Part shown: positions 1 through 10,492 of the stretch, piece after piece
Layout of the letters: each line of letters starts with the position of its first letter
Position numbering within the stretch: position 1 is the first letter of the stretch
DNA from: Caulobacterales bacterium
GTDB taxonomy: Bacteria; Pseudomonadota; Alphaproteobacteria; Caulobacterales; Hyphomonadaceae
DNA length: 59,041 bases
Assembly (NCBI GenBank): GCA_038251755.1
Contig: JBBSAZ010000001.1
Coordinates: 1-59,041 of the forward strand
Direction of reading: 5' to 3'
Translations under genes and position numbers: made by a program
The notes under the pieces: generated by a model
What the model was told of the DNA's origin: nothing
The model's input: the letters and a program-made list of their open reading frames with translations, nothing else
Database searches by the model: none

Positions 1-1
1 G

Positions 2-1588
<1,587 letters not shown>

Positions 1589-1660
1589 CGTTCCGCAGCC
1601 TTGCTCATCACCCAATGACCCCTGCACGAGATGGTGTGAGGGTCTTGAATGCCGGATTTC

Positions 1661-2083
1661 CATGGATCCGTGGGCGGAGGTGTTGCGCAGGGATTGGGGG
1701 CGGATTTCATAACGGCTTGACCGGGATGGATTTTATTTTGCCGTAGCCGGGTTTTGTGTAGGCGCAAGTTCTCTCTTGCGGCCGCCAGAGGGTCTCATCC
1801 TGTTGCAGGCTTTGCACTTCTGATGGCGATTCTTTCTCATTGATTCTCATTTTTTATCACTTGGTATCGATCCGCTATCGCGGGCTCTCGGTTGTGCCGG
1901 ATTTCGGCCTTTGGCCTCTATCCGGCCTACGAGGTGCGGGGTGCGGGGGGAAGCTGAGTATAACCCGGCGCGGAGGGGTGTAGCGCAAGTTCCGGCGGTC
2001 TTTTTTACAGCGCGTTGATGCGCCTGCGGATTTTGTTTCCGCAGGGCGCGCTTTTCGATGCACACGCCGGGCGCCAGCTTTCC
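1661..2083. repeat. Dispersed ~420-nt structured intergenic repeat, copy 1 (copy 2 at 28200-28611)
   Basis: Colinear similarity to 28200-28611; identical 27-mer CATGGATCCGTGGGCGGAGGTGTTGCG at the left end; 43/44-nt core at 1827-1870; ends approximate. Confidence 0.9.
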
Positions 2084-2115
2084 TGGGCCCGGCTTGCGCC
2101 GTGTCTTGCGACGCG

Positions 2116-3006
2116 TTACGCCGCCGGCGGCTTCTTCCGCCGGATGCGCGGCCAGATCAGGCGTAGCCAGATCCACAGCAAGGCGCCGATCAGCAGCAGC
2201 CAGGGCAGGCCGAAGGCAAAGGCCGTGATGACCGTGGCGGTTGCCTGGGCGAGGTTTGCGAAGAACTCCGTGAACGCGCGGCTGATGGAGCTGCCGCCCT
2301 GTGTGACGGCGTCGCGCTTCGTTTCATAACTCACCGCAAGTTGGCTCATATCGACGCGCTGGCGAAGCGCGGCAAGAGTGGAATTCAGCGAGTCGATCTC
2401 GCCGTTGACGCGGGCCAGTTCGCGCTCGGTCTCGAGGATTTCGCCGAGATTGCCCGGACGGTCGGCCAAGAGTTGCTGCAGCCTGCCTTGCAAGGTCTCC
2501 AGCGCCTGCAGGCGGGCACCGGTGTCGATGATCGAGACGGTCAGGTCTTCGGTCGTGGTCTGACGGTTGGAGATTTCGCCGCGCGCTGCCTTGGCTTCCG
2601 CTTCGACCCCGCTCAGGAAGGTTTCGATCCAGGCCGGCGTGGCGCGTACGTTGAGATAGCCCGAGCTCTCGCCCTCTGCATAGGAATAGAGATTGGAATT
2701 GGTCACGATACAGACTGCCGGCCCGGCAGCGCTGCAAGCCGCAATGTGGCTTTGCAGTGTCGGCTCGATCGCTTTCAGCGGCAGACGCATGCCCACAGAA
2801 TGCGAGTAGGCGATGTATTGCACGCCGCCCGGCGCCTCGGGCGGGGCTTCGCCGCCCGCCGCATCTTCAGCGCCTACCATCTTCTCCAGCATCTCCGGCG
2901 CGGGCGGCGCCATGGCCGGGCTCGACTCGTAAGCGCGATCTGAGGCGCCGCAGGCGGCCAGCAGGATGGCTGACGCAGCGGCGGCAAGCGAAACTCGGAA
3001 TTTCAT
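2116..3006 (-). CDS. DUF4349-like lipoprotein
   Basis: Lipobox LLAAC, EDLT..IID..ARL coiled coil, ILETERELARV, C-terminal TM helix. Confidence 0.8.
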   Translation of the reverse strand: MKFRVSLAAAASAILLAACGASDRAYESSPAMAPPAPEMLEKMVGAEDAAGGEAPPEAPGGVQYIAYSHSVGMRLPLKAIEPTLQSHIAACSAAGPAVCIVTNSNLYSYAEGESSGYLNVRATPAWIETFLSGVEAEAKAARGEISNRQTTTEDLTVSIIDTGARLQALETLQGRLQQLLADRPGNLGEILETERELARVNGEIDSLNSTLAALRQRVDMSQLAVSYETKRDAVTQGGSSISRAFTEFFANLAQATATVITAFAFGLPWLLLIGALLWIWLRLIWPRIRRKKPPAA

Positions 3007-3029
3007 GGATGTGGTCCTCCCCGGAATAC

Positions 3030-3136
3030 TCTGGAGTATCAGGCTGATTCTGTGAATCAGCGTGATAATCCAGATCTTTGTTATGTCGCGGCGTTCTCCC
3101 GAAAACCGGTTCCCACTTTTCGGAACGCCGCTCTAG
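3030..3136. repeat. ~107-bp palindromic intergenic repeat of alphaproteobacterial CIR/Bru-RS/RIME type
   Basis: Minus strand CTAGAGCGGCGTTCCGAAAAGTGGGAACCGGTTTTCGG..GCCGCGACATAACAAA, then hairpin TCTGGA-TATCA-GCTGATTC-ACA-GAATCAGC-TGATA-TCCAGA with two GANTC sites; family assignment from recall. Confidence 0.7.
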
Positions 3137-3204
3137 TGCGCACTCACGCACCAACGCCCTGAAAATGGCAATAGGGCGCCGCTTTCAGGGGGAGTTGAGG
3201 CCAT

Positions 3205-4752
3205 TCAGGGCCGGAAGGAAATCCGGCGCTCGCCCGCTTCGAGGGCGCGTTGCGCGTGGTGGGCGAAATCGACGAGCAGGGAGCGTGTCTCGCGCGGGTC
3301 GATGATCTCTTCGGCCAGAAAGCTCTCCGCGGTGCGGAAGGGCGAGCGGATCGCTTCGAACTTCTTGTAGAGCGCCGCTTTCAGCTCTTCGGGGTTTTCC
3401 GCCTCGGACAATTCCTTGCGGAAGGCCGCCTCGATCCCGCCCGCCATCGGCAGCGAGCCCCAGTCGCCGCTCGGCCAGCAATAGCGCCACTTGGTCTTCG
3501 ACTGGTTCATCATCGCCGAACCTGCCAGCCCGTAAGCCTTGCGGATGACGATCGAACAGACCGGCACATCAGCCTGGTAAACTGCTGTCATCGCCCGCAC
3601 GCCGGCGCGGGTGACGCCGGCCGTCTCCGCTTTCACGCCCACGGCGAAACCGGGGCAATCAACGAAATGGATGACCGGCAGGTGGAAAGTCGAGCACAGG
3701 TCCATGTGCCGGGTGACCTTGTCGCAGACATCTGCGGTCCAGGCGCCATCGAGAAAGAAGGGATCGCCAGCCATGATGCCGACCGCATAGCCGTCGATGC
3801 GTGCGAGTCCCGTGACAATGCCACGTCCCCAGTCATGACCAATCTCGAAGAAGCTTCCCCGGTCCGTGGTCGCCTCGATGATCCTGCGCGGCTTGTAGGG
3901 CGTGCGGCCATCGGTCGGCACGAGGGAGATGAGGCTCTCTTCTTTCCGCTTCGGATCGTCCGTAGGCTGAATTCGTTCCGGCAGATGGTGCACCGAAGGG
4001 GGCAGGTAGGACAGGAAAGACCGGGCCGCCGCGAAGGCGTCCGCTTCACTGTCGACGACATTGTCCACCGTGCCGTTCTGTCCCTGGATCTTCCAGCCGC
4101 CGAGTTCCTCCTTGGTGACATTCTCGCCGAGGGCAATCGCCACGGGCGGACCGGCCACGAAGACCTGGCTGAGGTCCTTGACCATGATCGAGAAATGGCT
4201 CGCCGCGACCCGCCCGGCCCCCATGCCCGCGCAAGGTCCGAGTGCCAGCGACACGAAGGGGACTTGTGAGAGCCCGGTCACGATTTCGTTCCAGCCTGGC
4301 GTCTCGGGAATATAGGTGCGCGGATCCTTCTCGAGAGATTTGACCGATCCGCCGCCGCCCGTTCCGTCGATCATCTGGACCAGCGGCATCCGGTATTCGG
4401 TCGCCATCTTGATCATCTGGACCATCTTCTGCCAGATCGAGGCATCCGACGCCCCGCCGCGCACGGTGAAGTCATCGGCCAGAATCACCACCGGCCGGCC
4501 CTCGAGCCTTGCCCGCCCGGTCACCGACGTGGAGGGGGTAAAGCCCGAAAGTTCGTCGTCTGCGCCGTAGGTCGCCTTGCCGGCAATCTTGCCGATCTCG
4601 TGGAAACTGCCGGGATCGGCGAGGAAGGCGACGCGCTCCCGCACGGTCAGTTTGCCGCGCCCGCGCTGGCGTTCGACGGGTTCTTCCCCGCCCATATGCT
4701 CGGCCAGACGCTCGCGCCGGCGCAGCTCTTCAATCGATTTTTCCCAACTCAT
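3205..4752 (-). CDS. Acyl-CoA carboxylase carboxyltransferase (beta) subunit
   Basis: GKLTVRERV, DDFTVRGGAS, GPCAG, VDCPGF, RKAYG, IIDPRETR motifs. Confidence 0.92.
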   Translation of the reverse strand: MSWEKSIEELRRRERLAEHMGGEEPVERQRGRGKLTVRERVAFLADPGSFHEIGKIAGKATYGADDELSGFTPSTSVTGRARLEGRPVVILADDFTVRGGASDASIWQKMVQMIKMATEYRMPLVQMIDGTGGGGSVKSLEKDPRTYIPETPGWNEIVTGLSQVPFVSLALGPCAGMGAGRVAASHFSIMVKDLSQVFVAGPPVAIALGENVTKEELGGWKIQGQNGTVDNVVDSEADAFAAARSFLSYLPPSVHHLPERIQPTDDPKRKEESLISLVPTDGRTPYKPRRIIEATTDRGSFFEIGHDWGRGIVTGLARIDGYAVGIMAGDPFFLDGAWTADVCDKVTRHMDLCSTFHLPVIHFVDCPGFAVGVKAETAGVTRAGVRAMTAVYQADVPVCSIVIRKAYGLAGSAMMNQSKTKWRYCWPSGDWGSLPMAGGIEAAFRKELSEAENPEELKAALYKKFEAIRSPFRTAESFLAEEIIDPRETRSLLVDFAHHAQRALEAGERRISFRP

Positions 4753-4865
4753 GGCTGACAGGTGATCGCCTTGCCGCCGCGCCCGTCAACGGGAATCTTC
4801 TTGCTCCGCGCGCCCCGGTTTGCTTTATCCCCCTCCAGACCCAATTCCCAAGGAGGAACACCCGG

Positions 4866-5171
4866 ATGGATCTCGCACAACTGACTGCCCGCGCTTCGGA
4901 AGCCCTTTCCGGCGGCAGCGATTTCAAGAAAAAGGTGAAGTTCGATTTCGGCACCGTCGGCAAACTGCTGATCGACGGCGCCAGCGGCAAGGTCGACAAC
5001 TCGGATGACGCGGCGGATGCCACCATCTCGGTCAACTGGGACGACTTCACCAAGATCGCCTCGGGCGCCATGGACCCGACGATGGCCTTCATGCAGGGCA
5101 AGCTCAAAGTGGCCGGCGACATGTCGGTTGCCATGCAGCTGCAGAGCCTGATGAAAAAGCTCGCCGGCTGA
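4866..5171 (+). CDS. SCP2 sterol/lipid-binding domain protein
   Basis: DPTMAFMQGKLKVAGDMSVAMQL signature; AGGAGG RBS. Confidence 0.92.
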   Translation: MDLAQLTARASEALSGGSDFKKKVKFDFGTVGKLLIDGASGKVDNSDDAADATISVNWDDFTKIASGAMDPTMAFMQGKLKVAGDMSVAMQLQSLMKKLAG

Positions 5172-5200
5172 TCCGGCCTGCCCAAAGGCATTGACCTGAG

Positions 5201-5238
5201 AGGCCGCCCGGAGACACCTTCGGGCGGCTTTTCCTTTT
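5201..5238 (+). terminator. Intrinsic terminator after SCP2 gene
   Basis: GGCCGCCCGGAG-ACAC-CTTCGGGCGGCT stem followed by TTTCCTTTT. Confidence 0.6.
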
Positions 5239-5251
5239 CGGGACGTGATCC

Positions 5252-6202
5252 ATGGCTGACGCGCCGGTAAGACAATCGGGTTTCGTGACCCTGAAGGGCA
5301 ATCCGGCGCCCGAAGGCGCCGCCGTCGTCTGGTTCAAGGGCGAAGGCGGCCGCGAGTTGCGCGCCTGCGCCGCGCCCGCCCTGTCTGCCACCAAGCCGCG
5401 GGGCACCGTGATTGTCTGTCCGGGCCGCACCGAGTTCATCGAGAAGTATTTCGAGGTCGGCCGCGAACTCCAGAAGATGGGCTTCGCGATCCTGATCCTC
5501 GACTGGCCCGGCCAGGGCCTCTCCGACCGTCTGCTCGGCGATAGCAAGAAGGGTCATGTAGACCGGTTCGAGACGTTCATGGGCGCGCTCGCGAACGGTC
5601 TCGAAGAATTGCAGGACAGGCTTCCCCGCCCGCACGTGGCGCTCGCCCACTCGATGGGGGGCGCCATCGCGTTGGCGGCCATTGCGCAGGACCTGGTGAC
5701 GGTCGAGGCAGCGGCCTTCGTGGCACCGATGTGGGGGCTGAAGTCCAAGTTCTTCGGGATGAGCTATCTCGTCTGGGCCATGCGGGCGACCGGGCGCGCG
5801 GGCGACTACGCCATCCAGCCGGGACCGCCGGAAAGGTTCGAGACCAACATCGTCACGCATGACAAGCGCCGGTGGGAACTGCAGCGCGACCTCATCAACG
5901 CGGCGCCGGATCTGGAGCTGGGCCCGGTGACCTGGGGCTGGCTTGGCGCTTCGCTGGATATCCTGGCGACCTTCACCAAGCCCAAGGCGCTCTCGAAGGT
6001 GACAATTCCGGTATTCGTGGCCTCGGCGTCGGAAGAGAAACTCGTCGACAATGCCAGTCATGTGGAAATCTGCCGCCGCCTGAAAGACTGCGATCACATC
6101 ACGGTCGAGGGCGCCATGCACGAGATCCTCATGGAGAGCGACGACCGGCGGGCGGAATTCTGGTCGGGTTTCCAGCGGCTTCTGAAGCGCGCCGGAATCT
6201 GA
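5252..6202 (+). CDS. Lysophospholipase-like alpha/beta hydrolase (PldB-like)
   Basis: PGRTEFIEKY, DWPGQGLS, AHSMGG nucleophile motif, HEILME. Confidence 0.85.
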   Translation: MADAPVRQSGFVTLKGNPAPEGAAVVWFKGEGGRELRACAAPALSATKPRGTVIVCPGRTEFIEKYFEVGRELQKMGFAILILDWPGQGLSDRLLGDSKKGHVDRFETFMGALANGLEELQDRLPRPHVALAHSMGGAIALAAIAQDLVTVEAAAFVAPMWGLKSKFFGMSYLVWAMRATGRAGDYAIQPGPPERFETNIVTHDKRRWELQRDLINAAPDLELGPVTWGWLGASLDILATFTKPKALSKVTIPVFVASASEEKLVDNASHVEICRRLKDCDHITVEGAMHEILMESDDRRAEFWSGFQRLLKRAGI

Positions 6203-6239
6203 CCGTCAGTCTACAGATAAAAAATAACGGAGGAACGAA

Positions 6240-7697
6240 ATGGCGCTGATTTCACTGTCCCGCATTGTGGAGCACTGGACAGGTGTCCAGCCCGCCCGCA
6301 CCGCGCTCGTCCATGAAGGCGCGAGCCTGACCTGGGGCGAACTGGAGGCGCGCACCAACCGCCTTGCGCGCGCCTATCAGGCCCTCGGCGTCAAGAAGGA
6401 CGACTTCGTGACGATCGCGCTGCCCAATGGCATCGAGTTTTTCGAAGCCTGCCTGGCGACATGGAAAGCGGGCGCCACGCCGCAGCCGGTGTCCTCGCGC
6501 CTGCCGAAGTTCGAGCGCGACCAGATCGTGGAAGTCGGCGCGCCGAGCCTGGTGGTGGGCGTTGAGCCCGGCGAGTATGCGCCGGTGCCTTGTATACCTG
6601 TAGGCTACAAGCCTGACAGCGCGCTGCCCAACACACCGCTGCCGGAGGTGACCTCCGTCAGCTACAAGGCGATGACCTCGGGCGGCTCGACCGGCCGGCC
6701 CAAGTTGATCGTATCGAAGGCGCCGGCCGCCGCCGACCCGGATGTGACGCTGCTTGAAATCCCGCAGCAGGGCTGCATGCTGATTCCCGGCCCGCTCTAT
6801 CACAACGGCCCCTTCCTCTGGGCGATGACGGCGCTGTTCAAGGGCTGCACCGTGGTCGTCACCACGCGCTTCGACGCGGAGGAAACGCTGCGCCTGATCG
6901 AGGCGCACAAGGTGGATGTCGTCTACATGGTGCCGACGATGATGCGGCGCATCTGGGCGCTGCCGGAAGAGGTCCGTACGCGGTACGATCTCGCCAGCCT
7001 CAAGGCGCTCTGGCACCTCGCCGCGCCGTGTCCGCCCTGGCTGAAGGAATGCTTCATCGAATGGCTTGGCCCCGAGGTGATCTGGGAACTCTATGGCGGC
7101 ACCGAAGGGCAGGGGTCCACCACCATTCAGGGTACGGAATGGTTGAAACACAAGGGCTCGGTCGGCAAGCCGGTCGAGACCGGCGAGATGAAAGTGGTGG
7201 GCGAAGACGGTGAGACGCTGCCGCCCGGCAAGGTCGGCGAGGTGTTCATCCGTCCGCTTGCCGGCGCGGGCACGACCTATCATTACATCGGCGCCGAAGC
7301 GAAATCGATCGATGGCGGCTGGGAAAGCCTTGGCGACATGGGCTGGATGGACGCCGACGGGTTTCTCTATCTCACCGACCGGTTATCCGACATGATCCTC
7401 GTCGGCGGCGCGAATATTTATCCGGCCGAAGTCGAAGCCGCTCTCGATGCTTTCCCCGGCGTGCGCTCCTCCGCCGTGATCGGCCTGCCGGACGAGGACA
7501 TGGGCGCGCGGCTACACGCAGTGATCGACCGGCCGGAAGGTCCCGCCGATCCGAAAGCTCTGGAGGCGCACCTTTCCGAACGCCTCGTCCGCTACAAGGT
7601 GCCCAAGAGTTTCGAGTATGTGGACGAGCCCGTCCGCGACGATGCCGGCAAGGTGCGGCGCAAGGCCCTCAGGGAAGCCCGCCTGACCACCTCTTGA
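6240..7697 (+). CDS. AMP-dependent acyl-CoA synthetase (bile acid-CoA ligase-like)
   Basis: TSGGSTGRPK, YGGTE, GDMG, NIYPAEVE, GKVRR. Confidence 0.9.
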   Translation: MALISLSRIVEHWTGVQPARTALVHEGASLTWGELEARTNRLARAYQALGVKKDDFVTIALPNGIEFFEACLATWKAGATPQPVSSRLPKFERDQIVEVGAPSLVVGVEPGEYAPVPCIPVGYKPDSALPNTPLPEVTSVSYKAMTSGGSTGRPKLIVSKAPAAADPDVTLLEIPQQGCMLIPGPLYHNGPFLWAMTALFKGCTVVVTTRFDAEETLRLIEAHKVDVVYMVPTMMRRIWALPEEVRTRYDLASLKALWHLAAPCPPWLKECFIEWLGPEVIWELYGGTEGQGSTTIQGTEWLKHKGSVGKPVETGEMKVVGEDGETLPPGKVGEVFIRPLAGAGTTYHYIGAEAKSIDGGWESLGDMGWMDADGFLYLTDRLSDMILVGGANIYPAEVEAALDAFPGVRSSAVIGLPDEDMGARLHAVIDRPEGPADPKALEAHLSERLVRYKVPKSFEYVDEPVRDDAGKVRRKALREARLTTS

Positions 7698-7748
7698 CTT
7701 CCCCTAGGGCGCGGCCCGCCTCGTGCCGCAAACAAGGGAGACACGTCC

Positions 7749-8753
7749 ATGAAAGTTGCAGCCGTCAAGAAGCCCGGAGGCCTCGGAAACCTCGTCATCG
7801 AGAACCGCCCCGATCCGAAACCGAAAGCCGGTGAAGTGCTGGTGCGCGTACGCGCCAGTTCGCTGAACTATCACGACTTCATCGTCGCCCTCGGCGGCAT
7901 TCCGACGCCCGATGGCCGCATCCCGATGTCGGACGGCGCCGGCGAAGTCGTCGCCGTCGGCGAAGGCGTCACGAAGTGGAAGACGGGCGACAAGGTCATC
8001 TCGCTTTTCTTCCCGAACTGGCAGTCGGGCCAGGTCGAAGCGGCAGGCTTTGCCAGTGTCCCGGGCGACGGCGCGGACGGCTTTGGCTGCGAGCTGTATG
8101 CCGGTCCCGAGACCGCTTTCACCCGCATGCCGAAAGGCTGGACGTTCGACGAGGCCGCGACACTCCCCTGCGCGGCGCTGACCGCCTGGCGCGGCATGTA
8201 TGTCGAGACCCGCACCAAGCCGGGTGACTGGGTCCTCGTGCAAGGCACCGGCGGCGTCTCGATCTTCGCGCTGCAGTTTGCCAAGGCGACCGGCGCGCGC
8301 GTCATCGCGACATCCTCTTCCGAAGCGAAAATGGAAAAGTTGCGGGCCCTCGGCGCCGATCATGTGATCAACTATAAGGGAACGCCGGACTGGGGCAAAA
8401 AGGCCTTTGAGCTGACCGGCGGGCGCGGTGTGGACGAAGTCGTCGAAATCGGCGGCCCGGGCACCATGGCCCAGTCGATCAATGCCTGCCGTCCGGGCGG
8501 CCACATCTCGCTGATCGGCGTGCTCACCGGCGTCTCCGGCGAAGTGCCGACGGCGGCGCTCTTCTCGCGCAACATCACCCTGTCCGGCATCACGGTCGGC
8601 TCGCGCCGCCAGCAGGAAGACATGGTGGACGCCATTGATGCGACCGGCTTCAAACCGGTCATCGACAGCCGCTATCCGCTCGACCAGATCGCCGCTGCCT
8701 TCGCCCACCAGGCCAGCCAGCAGCATTTCGGCAAGATCGTCCTGACAATCTAG
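7749..8753 (+). CDS. NAD(P)-dependent MDR-family (zinc-type alcohol dehydrogenase-like) oxidoreductase
   Basis: SDGAGEV, AATLPCAALTAW, GTGGVS, HFGKIV. Confidence 0.9.
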   Translation: MKVAAVKKPGGLGNLVIENRPDPKPKAGEVLVRVRASSLNYHDFIVALGGIPTPDGRIPMSDGAGEVVAVGEGVTKWKTGDKVISLFFPNWQSGQVEAAGFASVPGDGADGFGCELYAGPETAFTRMPKGWTFDEAATLPCAALTAWRGMYVETRTKPGDWVLVQGTGGVSIFALQFAKATGARVIATSSSEAKMEKLRALGADHVINYKGTPDWGKKAFELTGGRGVDEVVEIGGPGTMAQSINACRPGGHISLIGVLTGVSGEVPTAALFSRNITLSGITVGSRRQQEDMVDAIDATGFKPVIDSRYPLDQIAAAFAHQASQQHFGKIVLTI

Positions 8754-8789
8754 GTCCGCGCCCTCAGCGAAACCGAGGCACGCGCCCGC

Positions 8790-10346
8790 CTATTCGGCGG
8801 GCGCGTTTGCCTGTGCGGCGGCCTTGTCTGACAGCGCGATGATGCTGTCGCCATCTGCCGTGTCCGGATCACCGTTTTTACGGTGGATCGCGACGACCAC
8901 ACCTGACAGGGCAAGAATGGCAATCAGGTTGGGGACGGCCATCGAGGCGTTGGCAATATCGCCCATCATCCAGACGATGTTCACCTGCGCGATCGCACCG
9001 ATGAAGATGATGCCGCACCAGATGAAGCGGAACGGTTTGGTCGCCCATTCGCCGATCAGGAAGGTCACGGCCTGCTCGGCATAGTAGGACCAGCCGATGA
9101 TCGTCGTGAAGGCGAACAGCGTCAGGCAGAGCGTGACGATCCAGCCGCCAACCGGGCCCGGGAGGGCGTCCGTAAAGGCGCGGTTGGTAAGCGTTGCGGG
9201 GTTCGCACCTTCAGCCATCCAGAGGTGGCTCGTGGTTTCGGTGAGGCCCGCCGCCACCATTTCCGGCTTGGCGAGGAACTGCGCCGAAGTCGCGAACGTG
9301 CCTTCCGCCGTGATGATCACCAGCGCCGTCATCGTGCAGATGATCAGCGTATCCACGAACACGCCGATCATCGCGATCTCGCCCTGGCGCGCCGGGTTCT
9401 TCATCTGCGACGCGGCGTGCGCGATCGGGGCAGACCCCTGTCCGGCCTCGTTGGAGAACAGGCCGCGCGCCACGCCGAAACGGATAGCGGACAGCACGGC
9501 GTAGCCGGCGAGGCCTCCGACCGCCTGCTGCAACCCGAAGGCCGACGCAAAGATCATGCTGAAGGCATCCGGAATTTCCTGCGCGTTGAGCGCCAGCACA
9601 ACGAGGCACATGACGACGTAAATCACCGCCATCGCCGGGACGAGTTTTTCGGCCACGCTGCCGATCGACTTGATGCCGCCGATGATCACGATGAAGACGA
9701 GGATCGACATGACGAGGCCGATCACCCAGGTCGGTACATCAATACCGAACGGCTGCATCTCCGCCACAACGTTCTGCGTGATTCCATTCGCTTGGATCAT
9801 GCCGCCCGTCGCGGTCGCGGAGATGATCGTGCCAATACAGAAGAAGATGGCCAGCCACTTCCAATGCTTTCCGAGGCCATTGGTGATGTAATACATCGGG
9901 CCGCCGTTCAGGCGTCCATACTCGTCGCGCTCGCGGTACTTGATCGCCAGCGAGCTTTCCGCAAACGCCAGCGCCATGCCGAAAATGGCGGTGATCCACA
10001 TCCAGAACACCGCGCCGGGACCGCCCAGCGTGATCGCCGTCGCCACGCCGACGATGTTGCCGGTGCCGACCTGACCCGACAGGGCGGTGGTCAGTGCCTG
10101 GAAAGGCGTGATGGCGCTCGGGTCGCCATTGCCCTTGCGGCCGGCCCACACTTCACCGATCGCCGGGCCAAGGCGGCGCAGGGGGCGGAAACCGATGCGC
10201 ACCATGAAATAGAGGCCCGCGCCGAGCAGCAGGACGACCAGCGGTGCCACGGGAAGGATCTGTACTCCGTTCCACTCGCCCCCCCAGAGGAAGTTGCTGA
10301 CATTCGTGACGCCCGCTTCAAAGCTGGTCAGAAGTTCGGTGAACAT
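8790..10346 (-). CDS. Alanine/glycine:cation symporter (AGCS family)
   Basis: VGTGNIVGVATAI, GGPGAVFWMW, GGPMYYI, RGLFSNEAGQGS; internal ATG after GGAGG chosen as start. Confidence 0.93.
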   Translation of the reverse strand: MFTELLTSFEAGVTNVSNFLWGGEWNGVQILPVAPLVVLLLGAGLYFMVRIGFRPLRRLGPAIGEVWAGRKGNGDPSAITPFQALTTALSGQVGTGNIVGVATAITLGGPGAVFWMWITAIFGMALAFAESSLAIKYRERDEYGRLNGGPMYYITNGLGKHWKWLAIFFCIGTIISATATGGMIQANGITQNVVAEMQPFGIDVPTWVIGLVMSILVFIVIIGGIKSIGSVAEKLVPAMAVIYVVMCLVVLALNAQEIPDAFSMIFASAFGLQQAVGGLAGYAVLSAIRFGVARGLFSNEAGQGSAPIAHAASQMKNPARQGEIAMIGVFVDTLIICTMTALVIITAEGTFATSAQFLAKPEMVAAGLTETTSHLWMAEGANPATLTNRAFTDALPGPVGGWIVTLCLTLFAFTTIIGWSYYAEQAVTFLIGEWATKPFRFIWCGIIFIGAIAQVNIVWMMGDIANASMAVPNLIAILALSGVVVAIHRKNGDPDTADGDSIIALSDKAAAQANAPAE

Positions 10347-10492
10347 GTTTAAGGGCCTCCCCGGCGCCGAAAGTGTCAATTTGGGGGCACCCTAGCCCGG
10401 TTTCTCCGCCTGTGAAGGCGTTCATTGCCGTGGGCCCGTCAGATGGAGGAAGGTTCTTTCAGCCTGCCGCCTTTTGAGGCATAAGCCGCTCG

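Noticed and set aside
1847-2176. Minus-strand ORFs within the repeat copies (1847-2176 and 28375-28593) sharing LRKQNP, CATPLRAGL and GRNP, with some synonymous-looking changes and an in-frame 9-nt indel
   Set aside because: Starts differ, a 1-nt indel puts the C-termini in different frames, and codon usage is atypical; nucleotide homology explains the similarity. A decayed gene is not fully excluded.
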